The translations under genes and the position numbers were made by a program. DNA of 64,000 nt from Gekko japonicus (taxonomy: Eukaryota): contig NW_015164707.1 of NCBI RefSeq assembly GCF_001447785.1, positions 227,926 through 291,925 of the forward strand, written 5' to 3'. This document shows, piece after piece, positions 36,872 through 48,287 of the stretch. The notes below the pieces were generated by a model. That model saw only the letters and a program-made list of their open reading frames with translations, ran no database searches and was not told the DNA's origin. Position 1 is the first letter of the stretch, and each line of letters starts with the position of its first letter.

Positions 36872-39800
36872 AGCACCCAGAGCGGACAGTGTGGATGTGT
36901 CTGATGGTGAAAGGAAAGTCCGATGCTGCAAAGAACAATATTGCATAGGAACCTGGAATGTAAGATCTATGAATCAAGGTAAGCTTGACGTGGTCAAAAA
37001 TGAGATGGCAAGACTGAACATCGATATCTTAGGAATCAGTGAACTAAAGTGGACAGGAATGGGCGAATTTAACTCAGAAGACCATTATATCTACTACTGT
37101 GGCCAGGAATCTCGTAGAAAAAATGGTGTGGCCTTTATAGTCAACAAGAGAGTGCAAAAGGCAGTACTGGGATACAATCTCAAAAATGACAGAATGATTT
37201 CTGTCCGATTCCAAGGCAAACCATTCAACATCACAGTAATCCAAGTCTATGCCCCAACCACTGATGCAGAAGAGGCTGAAGTGGACCGGTTCTATGAAGA
37301 CCTACAACACCTCCTAGAACTAACACCAAAAAATGATGTCCTCATCATCATAGGGGACTGGAATGCTAAAGTAGGAAGTCAAAAGGTAACTGGAATAACA
37401 GACAAGTTTGGCCTTGGAAAGCAAAATGAAGCAGGGCAAAGGTTAACAGAGTTTTGTCAAGAGAACACACTGGTCATAGCGAACACCCTTTTCCAACAAC
37501 CTAAGAGACGACTCTACACATGGACATCACCAGATGGGCAACACCGAAATCAGATTGACTATATAATTTGCAGTCAAAGATGGAGAAGCTCTATCCAGTC
37601 AGTAAAAACAAGACCTGGAGCTGACTGTGGTTCAGATCATGAGCTACTCATTGCAAAATTCAGACTTAAACTGAAGAAAATTGGGAAAACCACGAGGCCA
37701 TTCAGGTTTGACCTAGATCGCATCCCTGATGAATATACAGTAGAGGTGAAGAATAGATTCAAGGGTCTGGATTTGATAGATAGAGTGCCTGAAGAACTAT
37801 GGACAGAGGTTCGTGACATCGTACAGGAGGCAGCAATCACCACCATACCAAAGAAAAAGAAATGCAAGAAAGCAAAATGGCTTTCTGATGAGGCTTTACA
37901 AATAGCAGAGGAAAGAAGGAAAGCGAAAGGCAAAGGCGAAAAGGAAAGATTTACCCAACTGAACGCAGATTTCCAGAGAACAGCAAGGAGAGATAAGGAG
38001 GCCTTCCTGAATGAACAGTGCAAAGTAATAGAAGAAAACAATAGAATGGGAAGGACTAGAGATCTCTTCAAGAAAATTGGAGAAATCAAGGGAGCGTTCC
38101 ATGCAAAGCTGGCCATGATAAAGGACAAAAACGGTAGGGACCTAACAGAAGCAGAAGAGATTAGGAAAAGATGGCAAGAATACACAGAAGAACTATACAA
38201 GAAAGACCTCGATGTCCTTGACAACCACGACGGTATAATCACTGACCTCGAGCCAGACATCCTGGAATGTGAAGTTAAATGGGCCTTAGAAAGCATTACT
38301 AACAACAAAGCTAGTGGAGGTGATGGTATCCCAGCTGAGCTATTCAAAGTCTTAGAAGAGGATGCTGTTAAAGTTCTGCACTCCATTTGCCAGCAAATTT
38401 GGAAAACGCAACAGTGGCCACAGGATTGGAAAAGATCAGTATACATTCCAATCCCAAAGAAGGGCAATGCCAAGGAATGTTCAAACTATCGCACAATTGC
38501 ACTCATATCACACGCTAGCAAGGTCATGCTCAAGATCCTACAAGCTAGGCTTCAACAGTACGTGGATAGAGAACTACCAGAAGTACAAGCTGGGTTTCGA
38601 AGAGGTAGAGGAACGAGAGATCATATTGCCAACATTCGCTGGATTATGGAGAAAGCAAGAGAGTACCAGAAAAATATCTACTTCTGCTTCATTGACTATG
38701 CTAAAGCCTTTGACTGTGTGGATCACAACAAACTATGGCAGGTCCTTAAAGAGATGGGAGTACCAGACCACCTCACATGTCTCTTGAGAAACCTGTATAA
38801 GGGCCAAGAAGCGACAGTTAGAACCGGATACGGAACAACTGATTGGTTCAGCATAGGAAAAGGAGTACGACAAGGATGTATACTGTCACCTTGCTTATTT
38901 AATATATATGCAGAGTACATCATGCGAAATGCTGGCCTGGATGAATCACAAGCGGGAATTAAGATTGCTGGGGAAAAGATCAACAACCTCAGATATGCAG
39001 ATGATACCACTCTAATGGCTGAAAGTGAAAAGGATCTAAAGAGCCTCTTGCTCAGAGTAAAAGAGGAGAGCGCAAAAGTGGGCTTGAAGCTCAACATCAA
39101 AAAAACTAAGATCATGGCATCCGGCCCCATCACTCCTTGGCAAATAGAAGGGGAAGCTGTGGAAGTAGTGACAGACTTCACGTTCCTGGGATCCCAGATC
39201 ACCGCAGACTGTGACTGCAGCCATGAAATTAAAAGACGCCTGCTCCTTGGGAGGAAAGCGATGGCGAACCTAAACAGCATGATAAAAAGTAGAGACATCA
39301 CCCTGCCAACAAAAGTCCGCATGGTCAAAGCAATGGTATTCCCAGTAGTCATGTATGGCTGCGAGAGCTGGACTATAAGGAAGGCCGAGCGCCGAAGAAT
39401 AGATTCTTTTGAACTATGGTGCTGGAGAAGACTCTTGAGAGTCCCTTGGACTGCAAGAAGAACAAATCAGTCAATCCTCAAAGAAATCAACCCTGACTGT
39501 TCCCTGGAAGGCCAGATAATGAAACTGAAGCTCAAATACTTTGGCCACCAAATGAGAAGGGAGCACTCACTGGAGAAGACCCTGATGCTGGGAAAGATTG
39601 AAGGTCAAAGAAGACGGGGACGGCAAAGGATGAGATGGTTAGACAGTGTCAGACTATAAGGAAGGCCGAGCGCCGAAGAATAGATTCTTTTGAACTATGG
39701 TGCTGGAGGAGACTCTTGAGAGTCCCTTGGACTGCAAGAAGATCAAATCAGTCAATCCTAAAAGAAATAAACCCTGACTGTTCCCTGGAAGGCCAGATAA

Positions 39801-40058
39801 TGAAACTGAAGCTCAAATACTTTGGCCACCCAATGAGAAGGGAGCCCTCACTGGAGAAGAAGACCCTGATGCTGGGAAAGATTGAAGGTCAAAGAAGACG
39901 GGGACGGCAAAGGATGAGATAGTTAGACAGTGTCATAGATGCAACGAACATGAAGTTGAGCCAACTTCAGAGGATGGCGGAAGACAGGAAGGCCTGGCGG
40001 GAGCTGGTCCATGGGGTCGCGAAGAGTCGGACTCGACTGTGTGACTGAACAACAACAA
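36872..40058 (+). mobile_element. RTE-BovB LINE, near full-length, APE+RT ORF 36891-39659 (922 aa)
   Basis: IGTWNVRSM, GDWNAKVG, NQIDYI, GSDH, FIDYAKAFDCV, YADD; (CAA)n tail; possible TSD AACCAGC. Confidence 0.96.
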
Positions 40059-40469
40059 AACCAGCCGCGCATAAGAGTATTCCCAAAGAGGCCTTCCCAT
40101 AGATTTAAACAGGGGCATCATAATATTGGCTGTTCCTATCATGCTCTGACCCAGATTCTTTGACAAGAGTGACTGGTAGCAAAGGCTGAGCATGGCTGCT
40201 CTACCAGACCCAATCCCAAGTGTTCTAGGTCAGTCTGCTCCTAGAGTATGAATTGCTCTTCTGCAGAAAGCACCTTTTTATATGGGGGTGTGTTTTTTTT
40301 ACCCCTTCAGCATTTTGCAAGGCTACAACGAGGGCAGTTACACAGGAATTTTAAAAATTGTCCAAACATGAAGACACCTGGATAGATGTCAGTGGCAATA
40401 AGTTTCATTTCTTTGGGTTCTGCTCTAGCAGAGGCCATGGCCAGGAAAGCTTGCCATGAGGTAGGAGAA

Positions 40470-41460
40470 AGGGGCGGCCTAGCCTCCCTCCCTCCCCGGG
40501 CAGTTGGGAGGGGGAGGAGGAGGAGAAGTATTTAAGCGNNNNNNNNNNNNNNNNNNNNNNNNNNNNNNNNNNNNNNNNNNNNNNNNNNNNNNNNNNNNNN
40601 NNNNNNNNNNNNNNNNNNNNNNNNNNNNNNNNNNNNNNNNNNNNNNNNNNNNNNNNNNNNNNNNNNNNNNNNNNNNNNNNNNNNNNNNNNNNNNNNNNNN
40701 NNNNNNNNNNNNNNNNNNNNNNNNNNNNNNNNNNNNNNNNNNNNNNNNNNNNNNNNNNNNNNNNNNNNNNNNNNNNNNNNNNNNNNNNNNNNNNNNNNNN
40801 NNNNNNNNNNNNNNNNNNNNNNNNNNNNNNNNNNNNNNNNNNNNNNNNNNNNNNNNNNNNNNNNNNNNNNNNNNNNNNNNNNNNNNNNNNNNNNNNNNNN
40901 NNNNNNNNNNNNNNNNNNNNNNNNNNNNNNNNNNNNNNNNNNNNNNNNNNNNNNNNNNNNNNNNNNNNNNNNNNNNNNNNNNNNNNNNNNNNNNNNNNNN
41001 NNNNNNNNNNNNNNNNNNNNNNNNNNNNNNNNNNNNNNNNNNNNNNNNNNNNNNNNNNNNNNNNNNNNNNNNNNNNNNNNNNNNNNNNNNNNNNNNNNNN
41101 NNNNNNNNNNNNNNNNNNNNNNNNNNNNNNNNNNNNNNNNNNNNNNNNNNNNNNNNNNNNNNNNNNNNNNNNNNNNNNNNNNNNNNNNNNNNNNNNNNNN
41201 NNNNNNNNNNNNNNNNNNNNNNNNNNNNNNNNNNNNNNNNNNNNNNNNNNNNNNNNNNNNNNNNNNNNNNNNNNNNNNNNNNNNNNNNNNNNNNNNNNNN
41301 NNNNNNNNNNNNNNNNNNNNNNNNNNNNNNNNNNNNNNNNNNNNNNNNNNNNNNNNNNNNNNNNNNNNNNNNNNNNNNNNNGGAGGGGGGCGGCCGCCGC
41401 CGCCGCCTGAGGGTCCTTCCTTTGGGAAGAAAAGGAGCCCCCCCCCCCCAACCCAACAAT
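40470..41460 (+). promoter_or_regulatory. GC-rich SELENOH promoter / exon 1 region, mostly gap
   Basis: GC-rich flanks on both sides of the N run, upstream of exon 2. Confidence 0.6.
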
Positions 41461-41891
41461 GGCTGGGGAAAGGCTCCCCTTCCCTGTGGAAGGAACTCTG
41501 GGAAGACAAGAACACTGTGTAGGAGGTGTACCCAGATTCGTGTTATCCAAATAAACACACAACTAGGGGCTCAGCCATTCCTAAAGACGAACGATACAGA
41601 TCCGTAAGGTCTTTTCATAATAGATGAAAGAACAGGCGTGTTTTTTAATTGGTGGAGTTCCTTCCATGACACTCAAGATGCCTTCTTAACGAAGTACGAG
41701 ATGGTTTCTGAGCGGTGGGGTGGGGGGTGGGGGGGTGAGGTAAAAAAACACTGTTAACTGCTGGGGCTGGAGGAGACCTTTCTCCTAGGGATCCAAGGCG
41801 TTGAGCTGGATTTGGGTTTGGCAGACTTTAAGATAAGGCCGGAGTTTCCCAGGAGTTTGGGGAAAACAAATGCTCCCTTTTTGTCCTGCAG

Positions 41892-42034
41892 TAAAAGCTG
41901 ACGAGTCTACGGGCGCAACGCGGATGCTGTTGGCCAGGCCCTGCGCCAGGCCTTTCCTGACCTGACCGTGGAGATCAACCCTGACAAGCCCCGCAGAAAC
42001 AGCTTTGAGGTGGTCCTGTTGAAAGATGGCATAA
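41892..42034 (+). CDS. SELENOH: SELENOH exon 2 (Sec codon)
   Basis: CTGCAG acceptor; GTAAGT donor; in-frame TGA. Confidence 0.94.
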
Positions 42035-43467
42035 GTAAGTGAAGGGCCACTGTGGGGGATGGGTCTGCCTAGAGGGCATGCACCCACCCACCCGGAATCC
42101 CTGGTGAACAGAATGCTCAGGAACACTCTTATCTTCAGAGCTCTGATTTGTGTTATAGCCTGGAGAAGCAACTGCAGGAACCAAGTGATAAGACAGGCTC
42201 CTGCTGTGACAGAGAACCCTGATTCTCACAATGACCTCTGCATTATAGAGAGGCCTGTTAGTGGAGGCCTGTATGTGCCTGGTGTCTGTTAGAAGACTAG
42301 CCAACAGTTGAAGCATCGGGTCGCAGATTGTCTGCTGCAAGAGGGTTCCTTCAAGTGTTGGGCTGTAGGTAAGGGAAGCAGTTGTGCTCTGCATCTCACA
42401 GGGGCAAAGCAGCTCCCTTTCCCCATGAGTACGAATACTGCATTTGAAAATCATGGAATATAGATTTTATTTCCACATGATGACTACTGTGGAGTAAAAC
42501 CTGCTCCTGTGCTATGCTTGTTAGCTTTTTAGGAGACAGAACCTTGCTTGACAAAAGGAGTCAGAGAATGAGACTCTAGAGCAGTGTTCCCTCTAAGCTG
42601 AGTTAGTTTGAGCTAGCTCACAGTCTTTTAGCCTCTGGCTCACACATTTTTGTCGTAGCTCAGGAAGGATGGCTCCAGAGCAAACTAATTTATGCAGTAG
42701 CCAAATCACCTGCTCACAACTTTAATGACATTAGCTCAGAAAGTAGAATTTTTGCTCACAAGACTCCATAGCTTAGAGGGAACATTGCTCTAGAGTGATG
42801 AACTTCAAGATGACCACAACAGTTCCACCAGCTTCTGCTGCCATCTAGTAACAGTCTCTTAAAGCTAGAATACTCAGTAAACAAACAACATTATCTAATA
42901 CTCAAAAACACTCTTGAAGAGTATTCAGTTTTACAACCCTTTCAAAATGTTGTCAGGGTGGAGGCCTTCTACTTGTGGGGGAGGCTGTTCCATAAAACAG
43001 GAGCAGTCATTGAGAGCTAGCAGATGGGTGGCAACTGCCTGCATTTGGGGGGGGGGGAAGAGACCAACAGCGTTCTTGCGCAGCATGAAAATACTACATG
43101 GGTTTTCAGTTGCTTTGAATCTGAACTAGGTTTGCTTGGAGGTTGAGTGTCTCCTGTCTTCCCACTGGTGCTCTGGGAAACATAGGCCAGGTGCCTGCTA
43201 TGGATCGCTTGTCTTTGTGGAGACAGCTGGCTGCTTAATGAATGCATGCAACCCTGCTTACAAGAACTTGGCAGAAGGAACTGCCTTCTTGATCTGCTTG
43301 TGGTTTGTTTCCAGTAATATAATGCAAATACTGCTGGTAACTGTCTTCTGCCCTTATTGCTTTTAGGGGTGGAGTTATGGAGCGGCCTTAAGAAGGGGCC
43401 ACCACGCAAGCTGAAATTCCCAGAACCAAACAAGGTGGTTGAAAGTCTGAAGGGCAGCTTAGAATAA
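41892..43467 (+). CDS. SELENOH: Selenoprotein H, partial: exon 2 41892-42034, exon 3 CDS 43367-43467; exon 1 presumably in gap 40539-41381; non-coding exon 4 from 44448
   Basis: (C)KS-UGA-RVYGRNA...EINPDKPRRNSFEVVL...VELWSGLKKGPPRKLKFPEP; CxxU motif with TGA at 41899-41901 (Cys codon split with exon 1, inferred); position between TMX2 and BTBD18; downstream SECIS. Confidence 0.95.
42582..42787 (+). mobile_element. hAT MITE with 8-bp TSD CTCTAGAG in SELENOH intron 2
   Basis: TIRs and TSD visible. Confidence 0.9.
43367..43467 (+). CDS. SELENOH: SELENOH exon 3 coding part (exon ends at 43492)
   Basis: TTTTAG acceptor; ...KVVESLKGSLE-TAA; donor AG|GTAAAC 25 nt after the stop. Confidence 0.94.
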
Positions 43468-44480
43468 AGTGAACTGGACAGGATTGCCAAAGGTAAACTC
43501 ATACAACGAACTAGTTTGCTCTACAATTTGCTGGGAATCAAAAACTACTGGACAGACCTGACCCACGGATGCAGCTCCTGTATACGGTCTCTGAATAGGA
43601 CACTGTCACTTCAGGTTCTTACCATTTGGCTGCAGCAGGAAATGGTGCTAAGACATAGACCAGGCTTCATATTGATTTCATTTATTGATTTTTATCCTGT
43701 CCATTCCGGCCTAGGCTGGCTCAGGGTGGCTCACAACATTTTCCCCCCCCCCCAGCTGCCTGTTATTGCCATTCTTCCTCAAAGCAGTCTTTGGAGTTGC
43801 ATAAAGCAGATATGGTGTAGGAGAATAACTACGCCATGTCTCTGCAGGTAAAAATCCTGTTGCTAATTCACCCTCTGCTGTAAGGGTGGGCCCCTCCAGC
43901 CCACGACATATTGGCCTATGTGATCTAGACTGTAGTGAGTCACATATATTGAAAAACTCAGTCTCTAGAGGAACATTTCTTTTGTAACCTCCGTGTTTCA
44001 ATTAGCTGGATCTTGAGTATGAGCAAAATGAACCCATTGTTGTGGGGTTTTTTTAACTTTACTGAACACTTATTGTAGCATTTAGTCATAATCTTATACC
44101 TTGTCTATAGCAGTTCCTGATTATTGGGGGGGGCGGGGGAGAGAAGCAGCTGAAGAACTACTTCCTGCACTTGGCAAGTTGTGTCTCTCCTGTGAGGGAG
44201 GGAGGTTGCCTGGGACTCCCATCTGAAATGCTGCCAGGCCCTTGAGTAGCAACACCTCAATCCTGGCTTACCCTCCCAAGAGAAGGGAACCTGACCATAC
44301 CCCCGATGGTCTTCTGCCATCCTGTTAATTTATCTGTAATCTGTACTGAACACAGGCAAGCAGGTGCTTGGCATCAGGCAGGAGAGGGGTGTTAGCTGTT
44401 TATCTAGGAAATCAGCTCTCCAGCTAATGACCGTTTTGTCCCCACAGGATATCAGCTGAATTGTTCATCCCTTGTGAGTT

Positions 44481-44553
44481 GAAGCATTTATGATGGGATA
44501 TGACCAAGTGAGGTAAACTGCAAAAGCCTCAGTCATTTCTCTGAAGCTGCTGG
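44481..44553 (+). promoter_or_regulatory. SECIS element of SELENOH
   Basis: ATGA (44490) - 10 bp helix GGGATATGAC/GTCATTTCTC - AA (44506) - apical stem TGAGG/CCTCA - TGAA (44542). Confidence 0.88.
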
Positions 44554-44563
44554 TCTTCCTCCA

Positions 44564-44632
44564 AATAAAATGTTTCCTGTCTTCCCACTTTCAAACCTTT
44601 TTGCTATGATCACCTGCAAAACTTTCAATAAA
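44564..44632 (+). terminator. SELENOH polyadenylation signals
   Basis: AATAAA at 44564 and 44627, just after the SECIS. Confidence 0.7.
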
Positions 44633-44975
44633 TAGTTAACTTTGTAATAATATCTGATTCTTCTTGCTTAATTCTGTTCAGTGGCGCAAGGTGTTGGGAC
44701 AGCAAGAGTGGCCTTGGTCCAGGCTCCTGGGGGTTCTGCAGCATTGCCAGACATGCAACTTACTGGCTCAATGCCAAGCAGGCCTTGTCTTCCTTAGCAA
44801 CAGGCAAGACTTTCCTGCTGCCTGGAATTTGATCACTGAAGTACAGTTTTACAGAAAAAGCTTACCTCCTCTCCCCTGGCCAAAGCTCTAGTGGGGAAGC
44901 CATTTTATTCCAGTCCTGGGGATCATTTTCAGTGGAGAAATGGGGGACGACTTCCTCCTCCCCCAGTTTATTTTT

Positions 44976-45240
44976 AGAAGAGATTGGATTTATACCCCAC
45001 CCTTCACTACCCAAAGGAGTCTCAGAGCGGCTGACAAACTCCTTTCCCTTCCCCTCCCCACAACAGACACCCGGTGAGGCAGGTGGGGCTGAGAGAGCTC
45101 TGGTAGAAACTGCTCTTTTTCAAGGACAGCTCTTATCAGAACTAAGGTTGTCCAGCAGCAGTGAGTGGAGGAGTGGGGAATCAAACCCAGTTCTCCCAGA
45201 TCAGAGTCTACACACTTAACCACCACACCAAACTGGCTCT
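44976..45240 (-). mobile_element. Squam3-type SINE
   Basis: Full-length; flanked by TTATTTTT on both sides. Confidence 0.85.
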
Positions 45241-45349
45241 TATTTTTACAGTTATTTACATCTTGGAGAGCTTGATCACTGTTGTCTGCCATGTACCTTT
45301 GGCTCTTAAACTCCCATTTAGAAACTGTAAAAGAATGAGCACTATTCAT

Positions 45350-45383
45350 TTTATTTTGAAGAAACTACAACTCAACATTTATT
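45350..45383 (-). terminator. Candidate BTBD18 polyadenylation signals
   Basis: AATAAA on minus strand at 45378-45383; overlapping TTTTATTTT run near 45350. Confidence 0.4.
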
Positions 45384-46371
45384 CCACTCTTTGTGCCATG
45401 TGCTCTTCAGAATGTTCTTAGCTCCATACATTGAGAGCTTTAGCATTTGGTATAGGATCATGGAGATGAGTCACTGCCCTTGAGTACACCTCTCTGAAGA
45501 AGCTGTAAGCACAAGGGAGATGGTTTCAATGAAAAAAGGAATTTAACACTCAACCTCTGGTGTGTCTTCTCTAGACAAAATAGGGAAAACCAGCAGAAGG
45601 GTTAATAGCTTATTGGATCAGCCTATGATTAAAATGAGACAGCTGTCCAATACTCATGTAGTCAGCAGTGGATAGATCTGCCTGTAGAACTGGAAAACCA
45701 AGGAACTTTGGTTATGGTAGACCATCATAGCTCTAGGCATGCTGGAAAAGGAGATATCTAAATACAGACAAATCTCTACTACTGCTGTTGGCTACTGTAG
45801 AGACGAAGTACCACTGATGGGGGGGAAACACCTTCGGGGGGGGGCTTAATATTTCCAGATGAGCAGCTCCCTACTTGAAATGCTCTCGATTTGCTACAGC
45901 ACAGCCAAAGCAGCAGCCACTATTGGGGAAATGAATCAGAGGACAACCTTAGCTGCCACGGTTGTCTCTAAGGGGGAACCTCTGGGGCAGGAAAAGAGAG
46001 AGAGTACAGTCACAACGGCTGTGGTAATACTGATGCAAGAAATCGAGCACCTAAACTTGGCTGCTCTCTCAGCCCTGTCCTCCAGTAGGTCACCTTCCCT
46101 GAAAGATGCCACCTAGCAGATTCCCAGAAAGCCTGCTGGGCTGTTTTACATATAAAGGGTGCCGAGGGATAGCTTTATTCCGGACCACTTCCCCTCCACA
46201 TTTCAGAGGAAAGTTTTGTCTCAGCACAAGAAAATCCCAGTACCTCAACACTGCATTGTTTTTAATCACAAGCCTATTACAACTTGCCACAGAACTTAGG
46301 TGTTAATGCTGAGGGCCACCACACACTAGTGCAGACCAGAAGCATCTGCTTGTCCCCCAAATCTGCACTCA

Positions 46372-48287
46372 CTAGCTCACAACATCCACCTCATTTTCAG
46401 ACACTGGAGAGGAATCTGGCCAGACATACTCATTATTAAGGAAGAACTCTACCCCACCAACATCTATCTCATCCTCTTCTAAGATGACTAACTGGGGAGG
46501 CAGCTTACAGTCCAAGTGATGCTGCAAGGGGCTCCTTAGCAACACTTGAGCCGGCGTTGCTTCTGCACCTGGGGTAGCCTCTCCATAGGATGGAAGCCCT
46601 TGGTTCTCATGACTGGGCAAGGGGGCAGCAAGTCTCGTAGCCCCATTCTCCAACACAGGCAACTGGTGATGAGCTGTCAGACTTTCCGGCTGGGGAATGC
46701 AATCATTACTGGATTCAGATGTTGCAAGTGGACGGCAACTATGAACAGGGTCCAGAAAGGGAACTCCATTTGTCAAACCAGGAGCACATCCCTCCTCTCC
46801 TTCGAGGGAACTCTTTTCTTCCTTGATCCACTGTGGACAAAGTGACACTTCTGCAGGACACCAGTGTTTTTCCTCAGCTCCAGCCCTTCCTAGTGGAATA
46901 CTTGTTTTTGGTGCAGGGCCTGAGGTAGGAACACCCTCTGGAACAGTGGTATCCTGGGACTCCCCCGCAGCAGCCAGGTTGTGGTACTGCTCACCCTCAG
47001 CTGATTGGTCTAGCGCGGGCAGCTGGTATGAGTCTCGGTCAGCCAGAGTCACAGCACTCGTCGCAGCCTCTCCTACGGGAGGCTTCTCGGAGAGAGACGA
47101 ACTCTCTGCTTTCGCAGGCAGAAGTGTAGTAGAGCTGGCTGGCTGTTGTGTGGCTGCTACTTCTTGCTCTGTATATCTGGGTTGAGGTAGGGAGCCCTCC
47201 TCTGTCAAAGCACACACGGAGTCTGCTGCTCTCTTGGGCTGTGCAGCAGACGGCTCTTGCACCACCTCCCAGCAGCCACCGTTGATAACCTTCCTAAGCT
47301 TCACTCGGCCAACCTGAGCAGCTTCTTGGAGAGGGTTTACGCTCGGAGCTGGCTCACTGGAGCTGCGCTTTCTACCCTTAGTAGCCTTTGGAAGCAGTGA
47401 GGGACTCAAGAAGCCATGCAAATGGCTGAGCACTTCAGCTCCTTTGGCATCATCTTCCACAGGAGGACTTTTCTTACGCCAGAGGCGCCTAAGGGACTTT
47501 GAGGTTTTGTTGGAAACAACGACACTATGGTCTTCAGTGGTGCCTGGCATGGGTAAAGGCGATGAGGAGAGTTTTGGACGGCTCAGCTTGATCTTTTTCG
47601 ACTCTTGCAAGCCAGCCACAGCTTGCTTAACTCTGGGTCTGGCTTGCTCTGTGTGCTGACTGCCAGTTTCCTCATTGCCCATTATATTCTTTACTGTGCC
47701 TGCAAGACGTGTTTGAACTTTGGCCGTTAAGAGTTCTGTTGTAGCTGATGCGTCTGTAGGCATCTGGTGTTTGTCTTCACTCTTCATTGCTGGTTTTTCC
47801 TTGACAGTCTTTTTCTGGTTAGTATTGCTATTGCTGCCTGTTCCTTTGGTGCATGGAAGCTGCCCTGCTGCCTGCTGCTTTCTTGCAAGTAGGTGGTGGG
47901 ATATCAGGCAGCAAACATCAGAGGCAGGAGGAGACTGCATCAGACTTCCCTCTGAAATGGATACAGGACTGGACAACTGTAGGCACTGCCGGTTCAAACG
48001 CTGGCCCGGTGCTTTTTTTACCAGCTTTCCTCCCTCTAGCTGTAGAGATTCTAGTTCCGACACCTGAAGCTGCCGGGCAGCTTCAAGAACATCCTGGGCT
48101 TCTTCCCGGGACACTTCCATCTCGGAGGTGTAGAGGAAGTCCACCAGCTTACGCAATGGCCCAATCTTCAGTCCCCGGAGCTCCAGCACCACCTTATGTC
48201 CCTTGGGAGGCATCTCACGCTCCAAACGCTCAGTGAAGAAGGGGCTGCAGGCGGTCAGGATACAGCAGTGTGCAGGAACAGCCTCTC
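46372..48287 (-). CDS. BTBD18: BTBD18 second coding exon
   Basis: TTTACAG acceptor; open for 1916 nt to TAG. Confidence 0.94.

Noticed and set aside
37637-39352. Antisense ORFs of 278 and 209 aa (also 34188-34895)
   Set aside because: Shadow frames of LINE ORFs
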